Source: Dehalococcoidia bacterium UBA1141
GTDB taxonomy: Bacteria; Chloroflexota; Dehalococcoidia; Lucifugimonadales; UBA3495
DNA length: 64,000 bases
NCBI GenBank assembly: GCA_002311385.1
Contig: DCAE01000097.1
Coordinates: forward strand, 2,403-66,402
Direction of reading: 5' to 3'
Under the pieces are notes generated by a model. The model saw only the letters and a program-made list of their open reading frames with translations. It had not been told where the DNA came from and searched no databases. Position numbers and translations under genes: made by a program. Positions 56,947-64,000 of the stretch are shown here, one piece after another; position 1 is the stretch's first letter; each line of letters starts with the position of its first letter.

Positions 56947-57699
56947 ATGCGCTTGGAAGGCAAGGTCGCGCTGATAAGCGGCGGCGCTAGGGGCATGGGT
57001 GCCGCTGAGGCCAAGCTGTTCGCCCAAGAAGGAGCTAAAGTCGCCATCGGGGATATCCTGGATGACGAAGGCAGGAAAACTGAGGCTGAGATTAACGAGT
57101 CTGGCGGGGATTGCATTTTCGTGCATTTAGACGTGACCAACGAGTCCGATTGGAAAGACGCTGTATCTGCCGCTGTCTCCCAGTTCGGCAAGCTGGATAT
57201 TCTGGTTAATAACGCTGGCGTGTTGCTCCGAGGCAAATTGGAGGAAACCTCTTCTCAGGACTGGGATTTCGTGATGGGAGTGAACGCAAAAGGCACCTTT
57301 CTGGGCACGAAGGCCGCCATTCCCGAGATGAGGAAGGCCGGAGGCGGCTCCATCGTAAACATCTCGTCAATGTCGGGCATGGTCGGCCAAGGAAACATTC
57401 AACCGGTATACAATGCGTCCAAGGGAGCGATTCGAATCTTCACCAAGTCCGCCGCCGTTCAGTATGCTGTTGAAAATATCAGAGTCAACTCAGTTCATCC
57501 AGGCGCAGTGGATACCCCCATGACCATGGATAATTGGAGCGATCCGGCAGCCAAACAGAAGACCATCGAACATATACCCTTGGGAAGGACCGCTCAACCC
57601 GAAGACGTCGCATATGGGGTGCTCTATCTGGCGTCGGATGGGTCTTCATTCGTCACCGGTAGCGAGTTGGTAATTGACGGCGGTACCATCGCCCAATAA
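56947..57699 (+). CDS. SDR-family oxidoreductase
   Basis: ALISGGARGMG (TGxxxGxG), NNAG and the YNASKGA (YxxxK) motifs. Strong GAGGGAGGA SD. Confidence 0.9.
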   Translation: MRLEGKVALISGGARGMGAAEAKLFAQEGAKVAIGDILDDEGRKTEAEINESGGDCIFVHLDVTNESDWKDAVSAAVSQFGKLDILVNNAGVLLRGKLEETSSQDWDFVMGVNAKGTFLGTKAAIPEMRKAGGGSIVNISSMSGMVGQGNIQPVYNASKGAIRIFTKSAAVQYAVENIRVNSVHPGAVDTPMTMDNWSDPAAKQKTIEHIPLGRTAQPEDVAYGVLYLASDGSSFVTGSELVIDGGTIAQ

Positions 57700-57749
57700 T
57701 CTCGCGCCCAATAATCACACGCCCAATAACTCGACACCCAAGAATCATT
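57690..57749 (+). repeat. Degenerate 15-bp tandem repeat x4, starting in the last codons of the SDR gene
   Basis: cgcccaataatctcg / cgcccaataatcaca / cgcccaataactcga / cacccaagaatcatt. The first unit contains the SDR stop codon. Confidence 0.8.
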
Positions 57750-57795
57750 AACCCCACATTTGTAGTCAACCAATCCAAGCTCGGGAGTATTAATA

Positions 57796-59058
57796 TTGAA
57801 TACAAAAAGCTTGATTGATTCCGAAAACGGCCTAATTGACCGGCGGATTTACGTAGAGCAAGACATCTACCAGCAGGAGTTGGAGCGAATTTTTGCCCGC
57901 TGCTGGCTGTTTCTCTGCCACGAGACTCAGATACCCGAGCCCGGAGATTTCTTTACAACATATATGGGCGAGGACCCGGTGTTGGTGGCCCGAGATACCA
58001 AAGGCAAAGTAAACGCCTTCCTGAATGTCTGCCGCCACCGGGGCAATCGTTTGTGCAGGGCTGAATCCGGGAACGCATCGGCCTTCATTTGCTCCTATCA
58101 CGGTTGGGCCTACGGGAACGATGGTGGCTTGCAGGCGGTGCCGAGTCTGAAAGACGGCTATCGTGAACAGCTGGACACCAAGGAATGGGGCTTGTTTCCA
58201 GTTGCCCAGATAGACAGCTTTTGCGGGTTGTATTTCGCCACATTCGATGCTTCCGCACCCCCGTTGCTTGACTACTTAGGCGAGATGGCCTGGTATATCA
58301 GGTCGGTATTCGACCGGCGCGAGGGTGGTGTGGAGATTATTGGCGGCATGCATAAGTGGATTATTCCGTGCAATTGGAAATTTCCTGCGGACAATTTCAT
58401 CGGCGATAGCTACCACGTGCCTTGGACCCACCTTTCGTCAATCAAGTCAGGATTCGCTGGAACGTTCCGATTGGGTCAAGGCACAGACGGCGTTCCGGTT
58501 ACTACGGGCAATGGCCATGGAGTTCTTACGGCCAATCCCTTGGCCTCTATACGACCGCCGATGCCCGAGATACTAGCATATGAGGAGCAGACCCTGGCCG
58601 AGACACAAAAGCGTCTGGGACCGAAGGCCAGTTTGCTCCAGACAACCGTGGGCACCGTCTTTCCCAGTTTTTCCATGCTCAGGGCCAATGCCAACAGTTT
58701 TAGGGTATGGCATCCATTGGGCCCGGACAAAACCCTGGTCTGGGAAGGCACTTTTGTGGACAAAGCGGCTCCTCCCGAAGTCAAAGAAGCATACCGATTG
58801 ATTGCCGTACAGGGCACCGGTCCATCCGGCACATTCGAGCAAGATGACATGGATAACTGGCAAGAATGCACCGTCACAGCCAAGGGTGTAGTCTCTCGCC
58901 GCTATCCGATGAACCTCCAGATGGGCTTGGGTCACCAGCAGTATAAAGAGGAGCTGGATTCTTGGGCCAGCGGGTTTAAGTTCAGCGAAGATAACCAAAG
59001 GGAATTCTACAAGCGTTGGTCCGAAGTGATGGACGCTGCCGATTGGAACGAACTATAA
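57796..59058 (+). CDS. Rieske (2Fe-2S) aromatic ring-hydroxylating oxygenase, alpha subunit (paralog of 41213..42484)
   Basis: CRHRGNRLC...CSYHGW Rieske motif. The N-terminal ~110 aa are nearly colinear with the other copy. TTG start after GGGAG. Confidence 0.9.
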   Translation: MNTKSLIDSENGLIDRRIYVEQDIYQQELERIFARCWLFLCHETQIPEPGDFFTTYMGEDPVLVARDTKGKVNAFLNVCRHRGNRLCRAESGNASAFICSYHGWAYGNDGGLQAVPSLKDGYREQLDTKEWGLFPVAQIDSFCGLYFATFDASAPPLLDYLGEMAWYIRSVFDRREGGVEIIGGMHKWIIPCNWKFPADNFIGDSYHVPWTHLSSIKSGFAGTFRLGQGTDGVPVTTGNGHGVLTANPLASIRPPMPEILAYEEQTLAETQKRLGPKASLLQTTVGTVFPSFSMLRANANSFRVWHPLGPDKTLVWEGTFVDKAAPPEVKEAYRLIAVQGTGPSGTFEQDDMDNWQECTVTAKGVVSRRYPMNLQMGLGHQQYKEELDSWASGFKFSEDNQREFYKRWSEVMDAADWNEL

Positions 59059-59110
59059 GTGAACGTATCAAACGACCCCAAAATAATCTTGAGAACCAGA
59101 GGCACATGTA

Positions 59111-60175
59111 GTGGGAAATGAACTAGCAGGTAAGATACAAACGGTGTTGGGTCCCATCGAACCGGGAAATCTGGGCATCACACTGACCCATGAGCATCTG
59201 TTGGTAGACCTTACGGTCGCTCACGGACCGCCCATAAGCGCCAGTGACATCGGGTTCTACCGCGAACCGGTTTCCCAAGAAACCTTGGGACGAATACGCT
59301 ATTACGGCGCCCAAAACGAAGACAATGCCCAGTTATTTGACGTCTCAACCGCCATTGACGAAGTAAATTCGTACAAGGAACACGGTGGAACGACACTGGT
59401 AGACGCAACCAGTGTTGGCATCGCCAGAGACCCGCTAGGACTGTTCCGAATCTCCAACGCAACCGGCGTAAATGTAATCATGGGCGCCTCCTATTACGTA
59501 GCAGACGCTCATCCCTCGGATATGGACCGCTTGACCGAGGATGACATCGTTGACCATATTGTTCGCGATATCACTGAAGGGGCTGATGGAACTAGCGTAA
59601 AGTCAGGCGTCATCGGAGAGATTGGTTGTAGTTGGCCCTTGGCCGTAAACGAGCGCAAGGTTTTGAGAGCCTCGGCACGGGCTCAGAGGATTACCGGCGC
59701 GCCAATCCTGATTCACCCCGGTAGGGAGGAGACTTCGCCGCTGCAGATAATCGAAGTGCTCGCTGAAGCCGGGGCGGACCTGAGCCGGACCATCATGGGG
59801 CACCTGGACCGCACCGTGTTCCTACGCAGCACACTTACCAAGATTGCCGAGGCCGGATGCTACATGGAGTGGGACCTTTTCGGCACGGAAAGCTCTTTCT
59901 ATCCACTAAACGTGGATATCGACATGCCCAGCGACGCAAAGCGAATGGACGATATTGCTTGGATATCTTCGGAAGGATACGGTCGCAAAATCTTGGTCGC
60001 CCATGATATCTGCGCCAAGCACCGCCTGGAAAAGTACGGTGGCCACGGATACTATTACATCTTGCGTCACATCGTGCCTCGAATGCGAAAGAGGGGAGTT
60101 AGCGGCGAGGCCATAGACGATGTCCTGGTCAACAACCCTAGAGAATCCCTGACGTTCGTACAAGCTCAAATATAG
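59111..60175 (+). CDS. Phosphotriesterase-related (PTE/Php family) amidohydrolase-fold hydrolase
   Basis: GITLTHEHLLVDL, GVIGEIG, ILIHPG and VAHDI motifs are colinear with the Php/PTE family. Confidence 0.85.
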   Translation: MGNELAGKIQTVLGPIEPGNLGITLTHEHLLVDLTVAHGPPISASDIGFYREPVSQETLGRIRYYGAQNEDNAQLFDVSTAIDEVNSYKEHGGTTLVDATSVGIARDPLGLFRISNATGVNVIMGASYYVADAHPSDMDRLTEDDIVDHIVRDITEGADGTSVKSGVIGEIGCSWPLAVNERKVLRASARAQRITGAPILIHPGREETSPLQIIEVLAEAGADLSRTIMGHLDRTVFLRSTLTKIAEAGCYMEWDLFGTESSFYPLNVDIDMPSDAKRMDDIAWISSEGYGRKILVAHDICAKHRLEKYGGHGYYYILRHIVPRMRKRGVSGEAIDDVLVNNPRESLTFVQAQI

Positions 60176-60526
60176 AGCCGTCTCCACTTGTTTCACTGCG
60201 GTTTCAAAATTTCATGCCATTGTCCGGAGGCGAAATGCCCGAGATTGATACCCACGATTGGGACGGATTTGTCAAAGCCAGGAACGAGTTAGAGGCCGCC
60301 AACGGATATCACCTGATGCAATTCGACAAATAAACCTCATCCTCAACCCCGCTACGCAGCGGCCAACCGATTTCTATTACCACCGGCGACGCCAAAGCTG
60401 AAATTGAGGACGCAGAGGAGCGGTTGGCTACAGCTCAGGAGAAGATGCGCCGTGCCCAAGAGCGCGTCCGCTAAGCGAGTGTCAAACACTTTGAGAATGT
60501 CTCCCATCAGTAAACGGTGACAACGT

Positions 60527-61327
60527 TTGTGGAACACAAGCGGTACTTTCTACAGATATACGAGTATTGCCAACACCAAAGGATCAGCAACCACCCCGAT
60601 GGTTTTCGTCCACGGCGTTGGTCTCGACCATGAGAGCTGGGAGTACGTCCTCGCCGACTTCGATGGCCGGGCAACCCTGGTATATGACATGCTGGGGCAC
60701 GGACAAACCAAACAAACACTCCAAGAGCAAAACTTTGAGCCATTTAAGAATCAACTGGATGTATTGATTCGAGAGCTTAAATTGCCCCAAGTGGTGCTAG
60801 TAGGTTTTTCCTTGGGCGGACTGGTGGCTGCGCACTATGCCGAATCTCAACCTCAGAGCGTCAAATCGCTTGTGCTGATCAGTACCGCATACCAGAGAAC
60901 CAATGCCGAACAGCAGGCAATCGCCAAGAGGTTGCAGCAAGCCAAGGATGGTGAGTGGGACGGGTTAAGCGCCGCTGCCTTGGATAGATGGTTCAGCCCC
61001 GAGTTTCTGGACGCGAACCCCGAAGTACGGCGAAAAATCTCGCTACGGCTGCAAGAGAACAGACCGGACGACTTTCTGGCTTCTTATGAGTTGCTCGCCA
61101 ACTCGGACCGGCACCCATTGGATTATCCGTCAATCACAATGCCCACCCTAATCTTGACCGGTGATGAGGACGTTGGCTCGACGCCGCAAATGGCAAGAGG
61201 AATGGAACGAGTCATTCCCAACGCACGCTGCGAAATCATCAGCAAGGCGAAGCATTTCTGCATAATTGAGAATCATGGCGCGATTAGTGCAAGCATCAAA
61301 CGTTTTCTGGAAGAAGCGCCAGCCTAA
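60527..61327 (+). CDS. Alpha/beta-fold hydrolase (3-oxoadipate enol-lactonase-like)
   Basis: MVFVHGVGLDHESW, the nucleophile elbow GFSLGG, and a C-terminal AKHFCIIENH catalytic His region. Confidence 0.85.
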   Translation: MWNTSGTFYRYTSIANTKGSATTPMVFVHGVGLDHESWEYVLADFDGRATLVYDMLGHGQTKQTLQEQNFEPFKNQLDVLIRELKLPQVVLVGFSLGGLVAAHYAESQPQSVKSLVLISTAYQRTNAEQQAIAKRLQQAKDGEWDGLSAAALDRWFSPEFLDANPEVRRKISLRLQENRPDDFLASYELLANSDRHPLDYPSITMPTLILTGDEDVGSTPQMARGMERVIPNARCEIISKAKHFCIIENHGAISASIKRFLEEAPA

Positions 61328-61376
61328 GCGTTGGATTCGGGGGCTCTGAGCAAATTTTCTCGCACAGGAGTACAAT

Positions 61377-61691
61377 GTGTGGATGGTGGAATTAAAAACA
61401 TGGCTACAGGATCAAGGACTGAGCGTAAAAGACCTTGCTAACCAGTTGGGAGCTCCCCGCACGACCGTAGAGGATTGGGTATACCGAGGAGCGATGCCGT
61501 CTCCGGGGAATGCCGAAAAGCTACATGAGTTCATATCTAGTAATTGCGCTCATCATTGGGTAATTGCCCGGGCAAACGGCCCATTGAGTGAGGGTGAGTG
61601 CCAGAGATGCGGTGAGACGAGGGAGTTCACCAACTCTGCCGAGCCATCTTCGTTGTGGACAACCAGCCATAAAGCGAAAACCGAAAGCTGA
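61377..61691 (+). CDS. Small HTH-domain protein with a C-terminal Cys/His cluster (hypothetical)
   Basis: LSVKDLANQLGAPRTTVEDWVYRG HTH-like segment, then CAHH...CQRCG. AGGAG SD before the GTG. Confidence 0.5.
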   Translation: MWMVELKTWLQDQGLSVKDLANQLGAPRTTVEDWVYRGAMPSPGNAEKLHEFISSNCAHHWVIARANGPLSEGECQRCGETREFTNSAEPSSLWTTSHKAKTES

Positions 61692-61722
61692 TGCAGGCTT
61701 CGTTCCCAGCCAGTCATACGGC

Positions 61723-63465
61723 CTAGGGGTAGTTGGGCGGCTCCAGCAACATGAACTCACTCAAATAAAGTGTCTTGCCGCTGGCAATCAGTTCCAAGCC
61801 CTCGAAGGCATAGCTAAGAAGCGCCGCAGGGTTGTCTGAACCTAGGCCCAATATTGCGTTTGCCCACCCCGAGGGGAGCGAAACTGGTGATTGGGAATAT
61901 TGGCGTTCCGGCCGCACCTCACGATATGGTGCCCGGGGGTTCAAACCGGCCAACTCTTTGGCTTTGGCAAGCCCTTCCTCTAACCCGCCAAGTTCGTCTA
62001 CCAACCCGTTTTCCAACGCTTGACTGCCGGTCCACACGCGGCCACCGCTCACAGCTTCCGCAGCTTCTCGGGTGATATTTCGGCTGGTGGTGACGCGATC
62101 CAGGAAAACTTCATAGACACGTTCGATGCTTTCCCGGATTATTTGCCTCTCTTCATCGTTGAACGGCTCTTCCGTGTTTTGGAACCCTGCGTTCGCCCCA
62201 CGGGTCAACGCCTCTCTCCGAAATAGCAATTTATCCAGTAAACCGGCGGTGATGACTTTGCCGGTCAAAACACCGATCGAACCGGTGATGGTGCCCGGTT
62301 GGGCCGAAATCCACTGACCGGGAGTGCAAACATAGTAGCCGCCCGATGCGGCAACCGGCCCCATAACCGCAACCAGCGGCTTCTTGTCCGCAACTTTTTG
62401 CAACGCCGCAGCCATCGCCTCGGAGGCTGACGCCGATCCGCCGCCTGAATTAACATACAGCACCACCGCTGCGGCTCTTCTGTCCTTCAACGCCCTCCGT
62501 GCTTGCTGCACCACGGTTAGATCCCCGGCCCGGGGATTGAAAATCAGGGGCATAGGCAGCGGAGACTTGCCGGGGGGCTGTTGACTCCAACCGTCAACGA
62601 TATTTCCCTCAACCCGAATCACTGCCACGTAACGCCCAACCCGATTGGGCGGTGGGCGCCGTACCTTATTTCGGACTTCATCCCAGGTTGCCAATCGCGC
62701 CGGCTTCTCATCCGCGCCCAGATATGCTGGAAGGTCCTCTTCGCTAATCAGTCTGTCCACCACGCCAGCACTCAATGCTTTCAGGTCCGTGTATGGAGCG
62801 CCATCCACCAAGGCATTGGCGCCGTCATCATCCAAGCCTCTTCCGGTAGACACGGCCTGGATAAAATCAGCGTGATACGCATCAAGCAACCAGTTAGTCA
62901 TCTCCCGCATCTCGTCAGACATGCTGGAACGCATAAGAGGGTCTGCCGCAGTTTTGTATGGGCTTATCTGGATGAAGTCAGCTTTAATGCCGATTCGATC
63001 CAAGGCGTCGAACAAGAAAACGAAATTCGCGTGGAGGCCCAAGGGAGCCGCTTCTCCGCCGTTTTGCAGTAGAATCTCATCGGCCGCAGTCGCAACGTAA
63101 TACCTGCCGTTGTCATAGCCTGTAGACCAAGTGACCACCCTTTTCCCCGATGAACGCAACTGAGATATAAATCCCCGCAGGGTCTGAATTTGGGCCGCGG
63201 GCATCTGGAGGCTTCGTAGATGCAGTACAATACCCTTTATTCGCGGGTCCAGTTGCAGAGCCCGGAACTGCTCACCAAGTTCTTGAAGGCTGATTCTGGG
63301 ACCTGGAAAAAGTCTCCTTTGCAAGAAACCTGCCCTTTGACTGCGCATTTCAGGGTATGGCCCCTCCAAGGTGAAGATGACAAATTCCGGCGGCTTCCCC
63401 AGACGCCTCCGGAGATTGCCCAATAGCCAAAAGAAGTAACGGATTGCTAAAATTACACGACCCAA
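61723..63465 (-). CDS. sppA: Signal peptide peptidase SppA, 67K (two S49 domains) type
   Basis: 580 aa with an N-terminal TM segment and two tandem S49 domains. The second has VNSGGGSASASE and GPVAASGGYY (Ser nucleophile). Confidence 0.88.
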   Translation of the reverse strand: MGRVILAIRYFFWLLGNLRRRLGKPPEFVIFTLEGPYPEMRSQRAGFLQRRLFPGPRISLQELGEQFRALQLDPRIKGIVLHLRSLQMPAAQIQTLRGFISQLRSSGKRVVTWSTGYDNGRYYVATAADEILLQNGGEAAPLGLHANFVFLFDALDRIGIKADFIQISPYKTAADPLMRSSMSDEMREMTNWLLDAYHADFIQAVSTGRGLDDDGANALVDGAPYTDLKALSAGVVDRLISEEDLPAYLGADEKPARLATWDEVRNKVRRPPPNRVGRYVAVIRVEGNIVDGWSQQPPGKSPLPMPLIFNPRAGDLTVVQQARRALKDRRAAAVVLYVNSGGGSASASEAMAAALQKVADKKPLVAVMGPVAASGGYYVCTPGQWISAQPGTITGSIGVLTGKVITAGLLDKLLFRREALTRGANAGFQNTEEPFNDEERQIIRESIERVYEVFLDRVTTSRNITREAAEAVSGGRVWTGSQALENGLVDELGGLEEGLAKAKELAGLNPRAPYREVRPERQYSQSPVSLPSGWANAILGLGSDNPAALLSYAFEGLELIASGKTLYLSEFMLLEPPNYP

Positions 63466-63474
63466 AATAGGTTA

Positions 63475-63513
63475 ACTCCTACTGGTGACTCCTACTGATG
63501 ACTCCTACTGATG
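63475..63513. repeat. 13-bp tandem repeat x3 containing the SD sequence upstream of sppA
   Basis: actcctactgGtg / actcctactgatg / actcctactgatg. Each unit reads CATCAGTAGGAGT on the coding (minus) strand, so each carries AGGAG. Confidence 0.85.
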
Positions 63514-63554
63514 ATTTTATATTGAGGCGCTGCATCCAACGTCGAAGGCGAATA

Positions 63555-64000
63555 TTAGGGCGGCTTGATTAATCGGGGACGTTCGTTGGGCACATCCCGC
63601 AAGCTGTCCAAGTCCATGTCAGGCAATTCCGTAGCAAGAAATTGCTTCACGCTGTTGGCTAATCCACTGTAATCAGGAAACCAAGCACGAAGGCGAGCCC
63701 GCCATGCCGTTATTCCACCGCTGGCGTGGAGCTCAAAGACCGATTCTCGACCGTCCAATGCCGAGGAGACCTGGTCCCAAGCGAGCTGCAAAAGCGCGGC
63801 CCGCTGGAGGGCGGTATAACCTCCACCGCCGTAGGACTCTTCCAGTTCCCTGGCCATATCGGGATCCTCAAAGTCTGTATCGGCAGGCGCGTTCACCAAG
63901 GACGACCCTGGGAGGTCACGCAGTATCTCCGACATGCGCTGACGGTTCTTGAAGATGTTTATTGCCGCCGACGCCAGGTGGGTCTGCTCCGGCACGGCAT
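63555..64000 (-). CDS. C-terminal part of a 4-hydroxyphenylacetate 3-hydroxylase (HpaB)-family flavin monooxygenase, 5' end outside the window
   Basis: The frame is open to the window edge. RAALLQLAWDQVSSALDGRESVFELHASGG resembles the HpaB C-terminal domain pattern (LAWD...FGGR..LYE). Confidence 0.5.
   Translation of the reverse strand, partial: AVPEQTHLASAAINIFKNRQRMSEILRDLPGSSLVNAPADTDFEDPDMARELEESYGGGGYTALQRAALLQLAWDQVSSALDGRESVFELHASGGITAWRARLRAWFPDYSGLANSVKQFLATELPDMDLDSLRDVPNERPRLIKPP

Noticed and set aside
57690-57749. Tandem repeats (here, at 63475-63513 and at 51238-51314) as a CRISPR array
   Set aside because: The units are 13-33 bp and directly adjacent or separated by one short spacer. 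There are at most four copies, no unique spacers of 25-40 bp and no cas genes.

Overview
This 64-kb chromosomal segment is densely coding, about mid-50s % GC by eye, with no rRNA, CRISPR array, transposase or integrase. Gene content suggests a marine Chloroflexota (SAR202-like) genome, but that is inference only. Housekeeping genes include tRNA-Ala(GGC), glmU, the dnaG-rpoD pair, aroQ, xth, tag, sppA and a sortase. Between them sit many paralogous catabolic genes:
- hydantoinase A/B;
- three amidase-signature amidases, one preceded by a small AtzG/GatC-like ORF;
- three luciferase-like (LLM) oxidoreductases;
- two closely related Rieske oxygenase alpha subunits with no partner genes;
- a family III CoA-transferase, a GMC oxidoreductase, an SDR, a phosphotriesterase-like hydrolase, MBL-fold and alpha/beta hydrolases, and two paralogous MFS transporters.

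The observations most worth a second look:
1. Two genes are split in the ORF track by in-frame TGA codons that fall exactly on redox-motif cysteine positions. One is an AhpD/CMD-family C-x-x-[TGA] motif and the other an iodothyronine-deiodinase-like FGSYT-[TGA]-PP motif. Both are predicted selenoproteins.
2. A low-coding island of about 1.6 kb (34.8-36.4 kb) carries repeated elements, a 22-bp palindrome, an AT-rich core, a well-signalled 66-aa gene and a candidate structured RNA. It is flanked by an atypical LuxR-type regulator and a divergent 760-aa PEP-carboxykinase-like protein.
3. An HtrA-like protease is interrupted by in-frame TAA and TAG codons.
4. A perfect 14-bp tandem duplication splits a CARDB-lipoprotein/HExxH-protease gene.
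5. Short tandem duplications sit at gene ends and at one ribosome-binding site.
6. There are REP-like intergenic palindromes.

All functional calls come from motif recognition by eye; no database search was run.
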